A stretch of 64,000 bases of DNA from the NCBI GenBank assembly GCA_963756875.1, contig CAVWPA010000003.1, positions 704,001-768,000 of the forward strand, read 5' to 3'. Numbering within the stretch: the stretch's first letter is position 1; each line of letters opens with the position of its first letter. Positions 9,293 to 19,426 of this stretch are shown piece by piece. Source of the DNA: an uncultured Verrucomicrobiae bacterium (GTDB taxonomy: Bacteria > Verrucomicrobiota > Verrucomicrobiia > Chthoniobacterales > UBA10450). Position numbers and translations under genes: made by a program. Below the pieces are notes generated by a model that searched no databases, was not told where the DNA came from, and saw only the letters and a list, made by a program, of their open reading frames with translations.

Positions 9293-10356
9293 TTCTTTTT
9301 TGGGATTGCCACGGCCATCCCGTCTTCAAGCTCGTAATTGCCGACGATAACGACGGGCATGCCCTGGTGCAGATCGTTCGCCATGATTTGCACTTCTTTT
9401 CCGTTCTGGACGCCAATTTTGACGGTGTGTTTGACGGCGCGATTGTTTGCCACCGTAAAGACCTGATAGCCGCGCGATTCGTCAGGCAGGACAGCGGAAC
9501 GCGGCGCCACCAGCACGTTCTTTTCCGTATGTTCAATTTCGCCGCGCACGTAAGAGTCCAGCAACAATTTGGTCCCCTCCGGCAACGCCACGTAAACTTC
9601 GACCAGCCGCGTCGCCGGATCGATGCGATGCGTGACCAGCCGGATCGAACCTTCCACACTGGCCTCATTCGGATTGTTCACTGGAAAGATCGAAACGGGG
9701 GCGCCTTCCACTGCTGCCGCAAGATCTTCCGCCTCGACGCCCAGCTTCACTTCAATCTCGTTCTCAGCGACGATCTCGACGAGCGGTCCGCCGGCCGGAA
9801 CGATCTGCCCGTCCTGCACATTGACTTTGGCGATGACGCCGGCCATGTCCGCATGGATGCGATTGTCGCCCCCCGCGCCGGCGCGTTGCAACGCGCTGAG
9901 TTGCGCCGCCGCATCGCGTGCCGTTTTTTCCGCCGCGCTCAGGTCCTGGTTGGTCGCGAGTTTCAAATTGAAGCGCGTCTGGGTTTGCTTGAGTTCCTTT
10001 TGCGCGGTTTCGGCGGCGTTTTTCGCCTGTTGAAATTGCAGCTGTGCCGCAGGGCTCGGTTCGATTTCGGTCAGCGGATCGTCTTCGCGCACGAATTGGC
10101 CCGGCGCCACGAGGATATGCTGGACGCGTGTCTCGAATGCCACGGAGACCGAATGTGTTTTGCCCGGCTGCGCGATCACGCTTCCGTAAACTGTGATTTT
10201 CTCGGTGATCGCTTTGTTCTCCAAATTTGCTACCTGCACTTGCGCGATGGGGCCGCCTTCCTTTTTCTCTTTTCCAACGCTGAACCGTTGCACGATCCAC
10301 GCAAGAACAAGGATGACGGCGAGCGCCGCCGCGATGATGGCGAATGTCTTTTTCAT
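9289..10356 (-). CDS. RND periplasmic adaptor (membrane fusion protein)
   Basis: N-terminal TM segment, lipoyl-like halves flanking a coiled coil, IDPATR; 4-nt overlaps with both neighbours. Confidence 0.9.
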   Translation of the reverse strand: MKKTFAIIAAALAVILVLAWIVQRFSVGKEKKEGGPIAQVQVANLENKAITEKITVYGSVIAQPGKTHSVSVAFETRVQHILVAPGQFVREDDPLTEIEPSPAAQLQFQQAKNAAETAQKELKQTQTRFNLKLATNQDLSAAEKTARDAAAQLSALQRAGAGGDNRIHADMAGVIAKVNVQDGQIVPAGGPLVEIVAENEIEVKLGVEAEDLAAAVEGAPVSIFPVNNPNEASVEGSIRLVTHRIDPATRLVEVYVALPEGTKLLLDSYVRGEIEHTEKNVLVAPRSAVLPDESRGYQVFTVANNRAVKHTVKIGVQNGKEVQIMANDLHQGMPVVIVGNYELEDGMAVAIPKKK

Positions 10357-11714
10357 TGCGAACCAAGCACAGCGTTTGACGGCAGATAGCGACCCGAGGC
10401 GATCTCCAGCGCGGTGCGCGCCTCGAGCAATTGTTCCTCCAGTTTGATCAACTGAATCCGTTTTTGCAGCAAATTGCTTCTCGCGGTGTAATAGCTGAGC
10501 ACATCGAAGTTGCTCTGTTCGATCGCCTTCTGCGCGGAATCGACAAGCCTTTCCAGAACAGGCAAAGCCTCTTCCGCCGCGGCGATTTGCCGGTCTAACG
10601 AACGAATGTCCGCAATGGCCACGGCAATATCGGAACGCGCTTCGAACACCCGCTGGTCGTATTCGTCACGCAATCGCTGCCTGGTTGCGCGCTCCGTCTC
10701 GATGACTCCCTGGTTGCGATCGAAAATCGGCACCTCGGCGGTGATGTTGAATCCATCGCTTTGCACGTTGGTATTGTCCTTGGCGTGCACGAACGCCAGC
10801 GACATTCTCGGGAAGCTCGCGAGAATGGCTGCGCGCACCGTCGCATCCTGGCTCTGGTACCCTTCGCGCAGCCCGAGCAGATCGAGCCGCCGCGATTCGA
10901 TGTTCGCAACCAAATCGCGCTCATCGGGCGGATCGAGATGTCGCGGCAGTTTCAGCCCCTTTCGCAAGGCAACGTTCGTTTGCGGTTCCACTCCCAGGAT
11001 TTTGTTCAAACCAAGCCGCTGCTTTTCAAATTCCTGCTCAAGAGAAAGCATAATCCCCCGCGAGTCCTGGCTGGCCGATTCGACTGCGGCCAGTTCAAGC
11101 ACTGTTTTCTCGTGCGCATCGACCGCTTTGCGCATGGTGTCCGCGCTTTCCTGCAACCCGCGGTTTGCCTCGCGCGCGCGGGACGATTCCCTGTCCAGGG
11201 CGACAACGCGATAAACGCCGGTGCGTGCGTTCTCCGCCACCTGCCATTCCTGCCATGCAATGTCGAGATCGACTGAGCCGAGATTTTTTCGGGCGGCCTT
11301 TCGTTTGGGCAGAAATGGAATGAGCGCGGTGAATTCCCAGCCGGCAGCGAAGTTATAAGCGGTCGTTGTACCGGCCGTGTTGCCGCCTGTGACGTAATCG
11401 CGTCCGTAAGAGACAATCACGTTCGGCAGAACTCCGGCCTGGACCAGTTGCGCGATTGCCAGCCCGCGCCGGTCGCGAATCGTTCGCAACGCAGGGTTCG
11501 AATAGAGCGCAAGGCTGGCTGCTTCATCCGGGCCGATGCCGTGACGAAGATCGACAACCTGCGGTGGAATCTCAGCGCTGTGAATACGCCACGCGGGAAT
11601 TCGCAGCGCCTCCGCCGCGGCGTTGGGAAACGGCCGCTCCGGCCAGGCGCATGTTGTCGATGCAAGAAGAAAGACAAATGCGATCTTGGCCGGATTTTTC
11701 GTTAAGCAGCGCAC
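10353..11714 (-). CDS. TolC-family outer membrane efflux protein
   Basis: ALYSNPAL, RRLDL, VPIFDRNQG, helical repeats; lies in the RND operon. Confidence 0.88.
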   Translation of the reverse strand: MRCLTKNPAKIAFVFLLASTTCAWPERPFPNAAAEALRIPAWRIHSAEIPPQVVDLRHGIGPDEAASLALYSNPALRTIRDRRGLAIAQLVQAGVLPNVIVSYGRDYVTGGNTAGTTTAYNFAAGWEFTALIPFLPKRKAARKNLGSVDLDIAWQEWQVAENARTGVYRVVALDRESSRAREANRGLQESADTMRKAVDAHEKTVLELAAVESASQDSRGIMLSLEQEFEKQRLGLNKILGVEPQTNVALRKGLKLPRHLDPPDERDLVANIESRRLDLLGLREGYQSQDATVRAAILASFPRMSLAFVHAKDNTNVQSDGFNITAEVPIFDRNQGVIETERATRQRLRDEYDQRVFEARSDIAVAIADIRSLDRQIAAAEEALPVLERLVDSAQKAIEQSNFDVLSYYTARSNLLQKRIQLIKLEEQLLEARTALEIASGRYLPSNAVLGSQ

Positions 11715-11782
11715 GTTGGCTGAATGATACGACGGAGTACGTTTTCGTCGCGCGGAGAACAGAGGCCGCTGTGCGTTATAGT

Positions 11783-12139
11783 TTAGGGTTTCTTCTGGTC
11801 CGCGGCTGCTTCATTCGCCTGGTCCTGTGGTGTTTCGATCTGCACACTCGCGATCTTGCCGGTCTTCGCATCTACCTGCACCTCGGTGATGTTCTTCGAA
11901 TGCGGCATGGCAATGTCGAATGACCAGATCAGTTTGCCGTGTTCTTTCTCAAGTTCAGCGGCCTTGACGGTGCCATTAGGCACTTTGGCCAGCGCGGTGG
12001 TTTGGGCTTCGGCTTTGGTGATCTTGGCCTGGGCTTGCAATTGGGCCTCTGTCTCGCCCGCGGCAAGTAAAGGAGAAGCCATGAGGCCGGCGACCGCGAT
12101 GGCGGCGACGGCGATTGTGACGTGGAGTTTGGTTTTAAT
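11783..12139 (-). CDS. Small secreted PepSY-domain protein (start uncertain: ATT 12139 or ATG 12082)
   Basis: AKITKAEAQTTALAKVPNGTVKAAELEKEHGKLIWSFDI..EVQVDAKTGKI. Confidence 0.85.
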   Translation of the reverse strand: MKTKLHVTIAVAAIAVAGLMASPLLAAGETEAQLQAQAKITKAEAQTTALAKVPNGTVKAAELEKEHGKLIWSFDIAMPHSKNITEVQVDAKTGKIASVQIETPQDQANEAAADQKKP

Positions 12140-12252
12140 GAATGCAGTCTAAGCGCCAAAGCTGTCGGTTTGCCCGTGGTTGAGGTTACAACTTTGTTAT
12201 TTTCCACCCGGCGTCTCGCTTCGCTGCGCGTTTTCGATTATCGTTGTACGCC

Positions 12253-12927
12253 ATGCGCATTCTGGTGGTGGAAGATGAAAAGAAACTGGCGACTTTTTTG
12301 CGCAAAGGACTGGTGGAAGAGAGACTGACTGTTGATCTCCTGCACGACGGAGATGAAGCGCTCGAACAAATTCTGACGCGACCTTATGACGCGATCATCC
12401 TGGATATCATGCTGCCGCACCGCGACGGCTTGAGCATTCTGGGCGAGATGCGGCGACAACATAACAACACGCCGGTGCTTCTGCTCTCCGCCCGTGGCAA
12501 CGTCAACGAGCGCGTGGAAGGGCTCAACCTGGGCGCGGATGATTATTTACCGAAGCCATTTTCCATCAGCGAAGTCGTGGCACGCGTGCGAGCATTGTTG
12601 CGCCGGGCTTCCGGCGAACACGCGACCCTGATGCAGGTGGGCGATTTGTCACTGAACGTCGTCAACCGGGAAGCGATGCGTGGTGGGGTGAAGGTCGACC
12701 TGACCAATCGCGAATTCGCATTGCTGGAATACCTAATGGCCCATGCCGGCCGCGTTGTCACCAAGACCGCGCTCTGCGAACATGTGTGGGAACACCATTT
12801 CGATACCGGTACCAACGTGGTTGAGGTCTGCATCCAACGATTGCGGCGGAAGATCGACGAAGGCCATGAAAGCAAGCTCCTGCAGACGATCCGCGGCGCC
12901 GGTTACGCGCTCCGGGCAGGCGAATGA
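12253..12927 (+). CDS. OmpR/CusR-family response regulator
   Basis: MRILVVEDE, ILDIMLP, GADDYLPKPF, LTNREFALLEYL, TIRGAGY. Confidence 0.95.
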   Translation: MRILVVEDEKKLATFLRKGLVEERLTVDLLHDGDEALEQILTRPYDAIILDIMLPHRDGLSILGEMRRQHNNTPVLLLSARGNVNERVEGLNLGADDYLPKPFSISEVVARVRALLRRASGEHATLMQVGDLSLNVVNREAMRGGVKVDLTNREFALLEYLMAHAGRVVTKTALCEHVWEHHFDTGTNVVEVCIQRLRRKIDEGHESKLLQTIRGAGYALRAGE

Positions 12928-14339
12928 AAAAAATCAGAACGCTGCGCGGGCGAGTGACTCTCTGGTCCGCCGGCATCGTCACGGCGGCGCTGGTTTTATT
13001 TGGCGCCGGCGCTGCCTGGAATCTTCGGCAGGAACTCATTGAAAACATCGACAATGAGATTCAAACCGAAGCGCGAGATTTCTTTAAGGGAATCCAGCGG
13101 CAAAGCGTGGATTGGAACGACCCGAGAAGTGTCGAATCGCTCTTCGATCAATCGAAGCGCTTTCATTACGTGGAAATACACGACGCTTCGGGGCGCCTGC
13201 TCTATCGCTCGCCTAACCTCGAAAACCAGGAAGTGTTTTCGACTGAGCCAAGCGGGAAGCTGAACAATGTCGATTGGAACGGCCGCACGCTTCGCTTCGG
13301 TGTATTCCAAAGGGAGGGAATCACTCTAACACTTGGAAAAAGTCTCGAGGAAACGAGCGAAACGTTAATCGAGCTGGCATCCGCTTATCTGTTCGCATTA
13401 CCGCTCGTCGTCGTCGCGGTCGGAGTTGGCAGTTGGTGGATCGCCCATCGCGCCGTCAATCCGGTCAAACTTATCGCAGCGCGGGCCGCGAAAATTTCGG
13501 CGTCCGATTTGCACCAGCGCCTTCCCGAATCTTCGGCACAAGACGAGATCGCGCATCTTACGCGCGTGTTGAACGCAATGTTTGACCGCTTGCAACGAAG
13601 CTTCGAGCAGGTCACACGATTTACGTCTGATGCGTCTCACGAATTGAAGATGCCGCTGGCGGTGATGCGCGCGGAAGCGGAAATGGCGTTCGACTCGCCC
13701 GATCTCGCACCAGTTCAACGCGAGGTGCTCTCGGATTTAATCGAACAGTGCACCCAGCTCTCACAAATTGTGGACGGTCTTCTTTTTCTCTCGCGAGCTG
13801 ATGATCGCCGTCTCGCCGTCGAGCAGGATCCGGTCGATTTGGTCGCCATGGTGCGTGAGCTGACCGAGGACGCGGAAATTCTGGCCGCGCAATCGACTCT
13901 TAACCTCGAGTACAAGATGCCGGCGGAGCTTTTTATGCCTGGTGATCTTCGGCTTCTGCGGCGGGCCGTGATGAACCTGATCGACAATGCGATTAAGTAT
14001 AACATTCCCGGCGGGACGGTGGTTTTATCGGTATCGCTTAACGGAGAGAACGCCCGGATCAGCATTCGGAACACAGGCGCCGGCATCCCGCCCGAGGCCC
14101 AGGATCGAATCTTTCACCGGTTTTACCGGAGCGATTTATCGCACAATCAAAGCACACCCGGCCATGGACTTGGGTTAAGCATTGCGCGGGAGATTGCGCA
14201 GGCGCACGGCGGCGATGTCGTGCTGGTGCAATCGGATTCGCACTGGACGGAGTTTTCTCTTCTGTTGCCGGTAATGGGCATGCGCACCGAGACTGGCAAG
14301 TCCAATGAAGCAGCTGCGCCAGATCGACAATTCGAGTAG
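12924..14339 (+). CDS. HAMP-domain sensor histidine kinase (CusS-like)
   Basis: Two TM segments, FTSDASHEL H-box, NLIDNAIKY, GHGLGLSIA. Confidence 0.93.
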   Translation: MKKIRTLRGRVTLWSAGIVTAALVLFGAGAAWNLRQELIENIDNEIQTEARDFFKGIQRQSVDWNDPRSVESLFDQSKRFHYVEIHDASGRLLYRSPNLENQEVFSTEPSGKLNNVDWNGRTLRFGVFQREGITLTLGKSLEETSETLIELASAYLFALPLVVVAVGVGSWWIAHRAVNPVKLIAARAAKISASDLHQRLPESSAQDEIAHLTRVLNAMFDRLQRSFEQVTRFTSDASHELKMPLAVMRAEAEMAFDSPDLAPVQREVLSDLIEQCTQLSQIVDGLLFLSRADDRRLAVEQDPVDLVAMVRELTEDAEILAAQSTLNLEYKMPAELFMPGDLRLLRRAVMNLIDNAIKYNIPGGTVVLSVSLNGENARISIRNTGAGIPPEAQDRIFHRFYRSDLSHNQSTPGHGLGLSIAREIAQAHGGDVVLVQSDSHWTEFSLLLPVMGMRTETGKSNEAAAPDRQFE

Positions 14340-14481
14340 CGCTCGCGTGGCTCTTCGCTTTTACGAACGCTTTCGTGAACGCTGAAACAGCTTTCCGTGT
14401 TCGTTCTCGATTTCTGCGCTCTTGAATTTTTCTGCGCGGCACTTTTTGAAGCCGCGATCCCGGCCCAAAAAGTTTGCCCAA

Positions 14482-14526
14482 TTGTCACGTTCCCGCCATC
14501 TGGCTGTAACAATCGGCTTCTAGCGT
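14482..14526 (+). promoter_or_regulatory. Pho-box/OmpR-type direct repeats plus candidate -10 upstream of the porin gene
   Basis: ttgtcac (14482), ccgccat (14493) and ctgtaac (14504) at 11-bp spacing, then tagcgt at 14521. Confidence 0.45.
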
Positions 14527-14583
14527 CCGCGGTTAAAAGGAACTGTCGCAGGCAACCGAACCCTAACCACAAAAGGAGAAACT

Positions 14584-16146
14584 ATGTTTACAAAGAAGTT
14601 CGTACTACGGGCAGCGGGCGCAAGCCTGGCTGCGGCCATTTCACTCGGGATCCAACCGGCCCGCGCGGAAACATCTGAAGCCGAGCGACTCGCGCGCCTC
14701 GAGAGCGCGGTCAATCAACTGCAGAAGGAGAACAGCGAGCTCAAAAAAGAAGTGAGCAGCTTGAAGAAACAGGCCGCCGCCGGACCGGCGATCCCCGCGG
14801 AAGGCCCGACGAAGACACAGGTCACTTACGATGGAAAAACGTACGTCGAAAAAACTGTTCCCATTGAAAAGAGCAGTGCCGAAAAGTGGAAATTATTTGG
14901 ACCGCTAACCGAGCTCGAGCTCTACGGCGATGCTCGGGTGCGTTATGAATACCGCGGTGGCCAGCTGCCTTCAGACGGCCGCAACCCAAACGATTGGTAC
15001 GAGCGCAAGCGCGAGCGCTATCGTCTGCGCATCGGGCTCAAGGGGAAATTGACGGACGACTGGTTTTTCGGCGTGCGCTTGGAAACGAGCACCAACCCCC
15101 GCTCGACCAACGTGACCTTTGGCGATGATTCGGGGCCATTCGGGAAGTCGAGCGATTCGATCAATGTTGGTCAGGCTTATCTCGGGTATCGCGGTTTTCC
15201 CGGCGTCACTTTGACCGCCGGCAAAATGGGGAACCCGTTCGTAAACACGCTTATGGTATGGGACGGGGACATCAATCCGGAAGGACTCGCCGAACAATGG
15301 AAGCACACGTTTAGTATCGGCGGCGGCGAACCGGCGCCGCAGACCTACAGCAAGGATGGCACAGCCCTGGCCGGCGCACCGCCCGCGGAACCAACGCTAA
15401 AAATCGACCTCTTCGCCAACTTCGGGCAATTCGTTTACGACGACGCGAACCCGGAAAATCCAATCGGGCCGCGGCCAACGACGAGCGCAAACGGCCCGAA
15501 CCAGCTGGTTCCCAACACCGACGCGTTTATGCTCGGCTGGCAGGTCGGAGCAAAGTTCACCTTCCCGAAGAAGTTCTACTTCCAAATCGCGCCAACGATT
15601 TACAATTACACCGGGAACGGCGACTCGTTTAATGTTCATTTCCAAGGCGACAACGCCGCTACAAACCAGACCGGAATCAATAGTCTGCTCGTTTACGACA
15701 TGCCGGCGGAATTCGGCTGGAAGGTTGGCAATCTGCCAATGCGAATCTTCGGCGATTTCGCCGTGAATCTCAACGGAGGCGACCGCGCGACAGCGGCTGG
15801 GCACCCCGGCTATGGCGACCAGCGCTATGCCTATCAAGCCGGCGTGGGGATCGGTCAGCTCAAGAAAAAGAACAATTGGCAGCTGAACGCTTTCTGGCAA
15901 CACACCGACCAGTATGCACTCGACCCGAACCTGGTTGATTCGGACATTTTCGACGGCCGCGTAAACATGGAAGGCGTCGTTTTGCAAGGTGGTTACATGT
16001 TGAGCGACGCGATTGTTTTCAACCTCACTTACGCTTACGCCTGGCGGATTGATAATGCCCTCGGCACTGGCGGCACCGGGGACCTCAGTCTCAACCCCGT
16101 CGATCAGTACCAACTGTTTCAAGCGGACCTGAGCGTCAAATTCTAG
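14584..16146 (+). CDS. Putative outer-membrane porin with N-terminal coiled coil
   Basis: Signal peptide, coiled coil, LYGDARVRYE..RERYRLRIG..NPRSTN; C-terminal QADLSVKF ending in Phe. Confidence 0.85.
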   Translation: MFTKKFVLRAAGASLAAAISLGIQPARAETSEAERLARLESAVNQLQKENSELKKEVSSLKKQAAAGPAIPAEGPTKTQVTYDGKTYVEKTVPIEKSSAEKWKLFGPLTELELYGDARVRYEYRGGQLPSDGRNPNDWYERKRERYRLRIGLKGKLTDDWFFGVRLETSTNPRSTNVTFGDDSGPFGKSSDSINVGQAYLGYRGFPGVTLTAGKMGNPFVNTLMVWDGDINPEGLAEQWKHTFSIGGGEPAPQTYSKDGTALAGAPPAEPTLKIDLFANFGQFVYDDANPENPIGPRPTTSANGPNQLVPNTDAFMLGWQVGAKFTFPKKFYFQIAPTIYNYTGNGDSFNVHFQGDNAATNQTGINSLLVYDMPAEFGWKVGNLPMRIFGDFAVNLNGGDRATAAGHPGYGDQRYAYQAGVGIGQLKKKNNWQLNAFWQHTDQYALDPNLVDSDIFDGRVNMEGVVLQGGYMLSDAIVFNLTYAYAWRIDNALGTGGTGDLSLNPVDQYQLFQADLSVKF

Positions 16147-16213
16147 GAAATATTCCGGGGCGCGGATTCAATCTTACAAATATTCAGTCCGATTCAGCAA
16201 GGCAACTGGTTAG

Positions 16214-16258
16214 GTCAGAAAAAGCCCGCCGGGGATGCGCCTCGGCGGGCTTTCTGAC
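16214..16258. terminator. Hairpin, probable intrinsic terminator
   Basis: gtcagaaaaagcccgccgggg-atgcg-cctcggcgggctttctgac, downstream of the porin gene. Confidence 0.6.
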
Positions 16259-16419
16259 GTTGGCTGCAGGACGACCGGGAGGACGTCGTCCGAAAAATCG
16301 CCAGGAAGTCTCGCAAAGGCACGCGGATCGTTTAGACTTCGCGTATCCATGATGATGCCGGCCAGACTTTACCGCGCACGCAGCGACAATGCGGTGCAGC
16401 GAATGACCGCTTCCGGCAC

Positions 16420-16758
16420 ATGAAACGAAAAACCAGGCGCCGCGGGAAACGACCGTCCGAGCCGCGTGAAGCTTCCCCGCTGACCATGCTGGACTCGGAA
16501 CTGCAGAGGCTGCGCCGGGACCTTCGTGCAACCGCGCAAGCGTACGTCGCGCGACTTGAAGCCGACCTGCGCGCCGCAGCAGCCGTGATCAGGTCGTTCG
16601 AACCGGTTGAAAAGCTTTCGCGCGAGCAGCTTCATCAAATCCGCGATCTCACAATCGAGCTGCGCAAACCCAAGCTCAAACCGGAGAAAGGCCGCCGTAA
16701 AGATTTGCGCAGGATCGATTCGTTAATTTCCGATCTGCACTCAGCGGTGACGGAATAA
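16420..16758 (+). CDS. Hypothetical basic helical protein
   Basis: 112-aa ORF filling an intergenic gap; KLKPEKGRRKDLRRID. Confidence 0.65.
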   Translation: MKRKTRRRGKRPSEPREASPLTMLDSELQRLRRDLRATAQAYVARLEADLRAAAAVIRSFEPVEKLSREQLHQIRDLTIELRKPKLKPEKGRRKDLRRIDSLISDLHSAVTE

Positions 16759-16759
16759 A

Positions 16760-16812
16760 GTTAAAAGGTGAGGCCGCGCCGTTGTAATTTTGTAACGGTT
16801 TTAACTTTTTTT
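16760..16812. repeat. GTTAAAA/TTGTAAC-type short repeat element, left of the DUF3303 gene
   Basis: Contains ttgtaacggttttaacttttt, identical to 17161-17181. Confidence 0.75.
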
Positions 16813-17098
16813 AAACGTCGTTCGCTTCGGCGGCGGCCATGCCCGCCATCATCGCGGCTGCTTCCGCAGATGTGCGCACGGGAACGATCTCGAAATCCAT
16901 CAAGTCGCGCCAGTTATCGATCCATCGATCCAGCAGCGCGAAGTCGTCGGTCTGCATCAGTTGCCAGCAGGTTTTGAAATCGTGATCAATCCAGCTGGAG
17001 ACGTAAGATAATCCGTCCGGCATCATCCTTCCTTTTTCCCGGAGGCGGCGATAAATCGCGGGCGCGTCCTTGAAGCGTTCGATCACCATGTAGAGCAT
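16811..17098 (-). CDS. DUF3303-family protein
   Basis: MLYMVIERF..IYRRLREKGRMMPDGL.YVSSW..W.DLMDFEIVPV. Confidence 0.8.
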   Translation of the reverse strand: MLYMVIERFKDAPAIYRRLREKGRMMPDGLSYVSSWIDHDFKTCWQLMQTDDFALLDRWIDNWRDLMDFEIVPVRTSAEAAAMMAGMAAAEANDV

Positions 17099-17107
17099 GG
17101 AATAACA

Positions 17108-17184
17108 GTTAAAAGGGTTACAAAGTTACATCGTTAAAAAAGGCAGAGCCGTTCTAAACCTTGTAACGGTTTTAACTTTTTAAC
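17108..17184. repeat. GTTAMA arrays with inverted counterpart, right of the DUF3303 gene
   Basis: gttaaaagg gttacaaa gttacatc gttaaaaa ... ttgtaacggttttaactttttaac. Confidence 0.75.
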
Positions 17185-18367
17185 TATTTCTGAGTTCTTC
17201 GTTGGTTTCGGCGAAGGCGTTCACCGCGAATTCCAGATCTTCGCGCGAATGCGCGGCCGAGACCTGCGTGCGGACGCGCGCAGTGCCGTGCGGCACGACC
17301 GGATAGAAGAAGCCGATGACGTAAACGCCCTTCTCCAGCATGCGCGTGGCGAACTTTTGCGACTTGGCGGCGTCGCCGATCATGATTGGAACAATGGGAT
17401 GCGTGCCCGGTTTGATCGTCAGGCCGCGTTCGGTCAGGGCGGCACGAAAATATGTCGTGTTCTCTTCCAGCTTGTCGCGCAATTCGGTCGACGCGCTGAG
17501 CATCTCCAGCGCTTTCAAGCAGGCGGCAACGATTGGCGGAGCGATGGTATTTGAAAAAAGATACGGGCGCGAGCGTTGCCGCAGAAGATCGACAATTTCC
17601 TTGCGTCCGCTGGTGAATCCGCCGCTGGCGCCGCCGAGCGCTTTGCCAAGCGTGCCGGTGATAATGTCGATCTTCCCCATGACACCACGGTATTCGTGCG
17701 TGCCGCGGCCTGTTTTACCGAGAAATCCGGTGGCATGCGCATCGTCGATCATGGTGAGCGCGTCGTATTTGCCCGCGAGATCGACGATCTCCTTCAGGTT
17801 CGCGATTGTCCCGTCCATCGAGAAACAGCCGTCCGTAGCGATTAGTTTAAAACGGATATCTTTGGCTTCCTTGAGCTTCGCTTCGAGATCGGCCATGTCG
17901 TTGTGCTTGTAGCGAAAACGTTGCGCTTTGCAGAGCCGGATGCCGTCGATGATCGATGCGTGGTTCAGCTCATCGCTGATGATTGCATCTTTTTCAGTCA
18001 GCAACGTTTCGAATAGCCCGCCATTCGCATCGAAGCAGGAGGGGTAAAGAATTGTCTCCTCGGTTCCAAGAAATTTTGTCAGCGCGGCTTCGAGTTTCTT
18101 GTGAATGTCCTGTGTCCCGCAAATGAAACGGACGCTGGCCATGCCAAACCCGTGCGTGTCGAGAGCTTCTTTGGCAGCGGCGATGAGAGCGGGATGATCG
18201 GCCAGCCCGAGATAATTGTTTGCACACATATTGAGGACGCGTTTGCCGTCGGCCACGGCGATATGGGCATCCTGCGGGCTGGTGATGATGCGCTCGGTTT
18301 TGTAAAGACCCTGGGACTTTATCTCCTCAAGTGTGCCTAAAACTTGCTTTTTAAATTCGGCCAGCAT
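17180..18367 (-). CDS. kbl: 2-amino-3-ketobutyrate CoA ligase (glycine C-acetyltransferase)
   Basis: [52 protein letters not shown]; tdh is nearby. Confidence 0.96.
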   Translation of the reverse strand: MLAEFKKQVLGTLEEIKSQGLYKTERIITSPQDAHIAVADGKRVLNMCANNYLGLADHPALIAAAKEALDTHGFGMASVRFICGTQDIHKKLEAALTKFLGTEETILYPSCFDANGGLFETLLTEKDAIISDELNHASIIDGIRLCKAQRFRYKHNDMADLEAKLKEAKDIRFKLIATDGCFSMDGTIANLKEIVDLAGKYDALTMIDDAHATGFLGKTGRGTHEYRGVMGKIDIITGTLGKALGGASGGFTSGRKEIVDLLRQRSRPYLFSNTIAPPIVAACLKALEMLSASTELRDKLEENTTYFRAALTERGLTIKPGTHPIVPIMIGDAAKSQKFATRMLEKGVYVIGFFYPVVPHGTARVRTQVSAAHSREDLEFAVNAFAETNEELRNS

Positions 18368-18549
18368 CTTGAATGGCAGATTACGCGGATTTAAACCGAT
18401 AGCCAAAGAAGGAATTTGAAATGAGAGCCACCGCAAGCGGGGGGACGAAGTCCGGCGACAACTGTTTTTGTGGACCTCGTATTAACATTTGTCCGAAAAA
18501 TCCCTTGCCAGCCTGTGAATAACTAGTTAATAACTTCCCGGCGATTACC

Positions 18550-19300
18550 TTGACCCACGCTGAACTTCGCAGCCTTGCCCTGGCCGTTCTCGCGGCTTTC
18601 ATCGCAATCATTCTCGCTTCGTGCGAAACGACTTCGCGCGCTTTGCCGCAGTACCGAAGCCGCTCTGACAAAGACCGAATTTCAGAACGTTCGCACCACG
18701 GCCTACACCGACACAGAGGCCGACCACCGACCGTACAGCAATCACAACGCATTGGGCGGCGAGCTTCACGCGGCCGGGCCGGCGATCCATCGCGCTGAGA
18801 ATGTCGCGCCGGCGATTGCGGTCGGTCTCGAGGAGCAATCGGATTATCAGCGTGTGTCGAACTCCGGCGTGCGGCTGCAGCCCTTTTCCGCCGAAGAGCG
18901 AACGACTACGACGCGCGTGACAACAAGACGCGCAACCAGAACGAGACGCGGTGCGAGACGCGCCGGGGCGGTTTCAAGAACGCCGCGCATCGGGAGCGCC
19001 GCTGCCGATTGGTCGCGCTGGCCGGTGGGAACGACGTTCCGGTTGCTCTCGACCGGGCAAGTTTATCGCGTTGACGATTACGGCTGGGCGCTAAGCGGCC
19101 GTAACACGATCGACCTCTACATGGCCAACCAGCGCGAAATGAATTCGTGGGGCGCGCGGCAGGAACCGATCCAGATTCTGAAATGGGGCGATCCGGGACA
19201 AAGCCTGCAGTTCCTCCAATCGCACCAGAACTACAAGCACATCAAACGGATGGTGCTCGAGCTCGAAGGCCGCGACCGGGAAGCCGCCGCGCTGCAATAG
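18550..19300 (+). CDS. 3D-domain lipoprotein; one frameshift near 18654 (probable extra C)
   Basis: Lipobox ILASC in the 18550 frame joins VRTTAYT..SAAADWSRWPVGT..VDDYG.AL.G.NTIDLY in the 18575 frame. Confidence 0.8.
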
Positions 19301-19361
19301 CCGCCTGCAACTTGTTGCGGTCCCCGCTTAAGGGGAGTCCGGACGCATATGATCCTCTGGA

Positions 19362-19426
19362 AATCCGCGGTATCCGTGTAATCCGCGGTTATTTTGAGAG
19401 ATCCTTCGACTTCGCTCAGGATGACA
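19362..19426. repeat. 9-mer ATCCGYG repeats followed by a GTCATC-family half element that overlaps the tdh stop
   Basis: aatccgcggtatccgtgtaatccgcgg, then gagatccttcgacttcgctcaggatgaca. Confidence 0.65.

Noticed and set aside
17180..18367. kbl as a second serine palmitoyltransferase
   Set aside because: Kbl-specific motifs ([20 protein letters not shown]) and the nearby tdh indicate threonine catabolism
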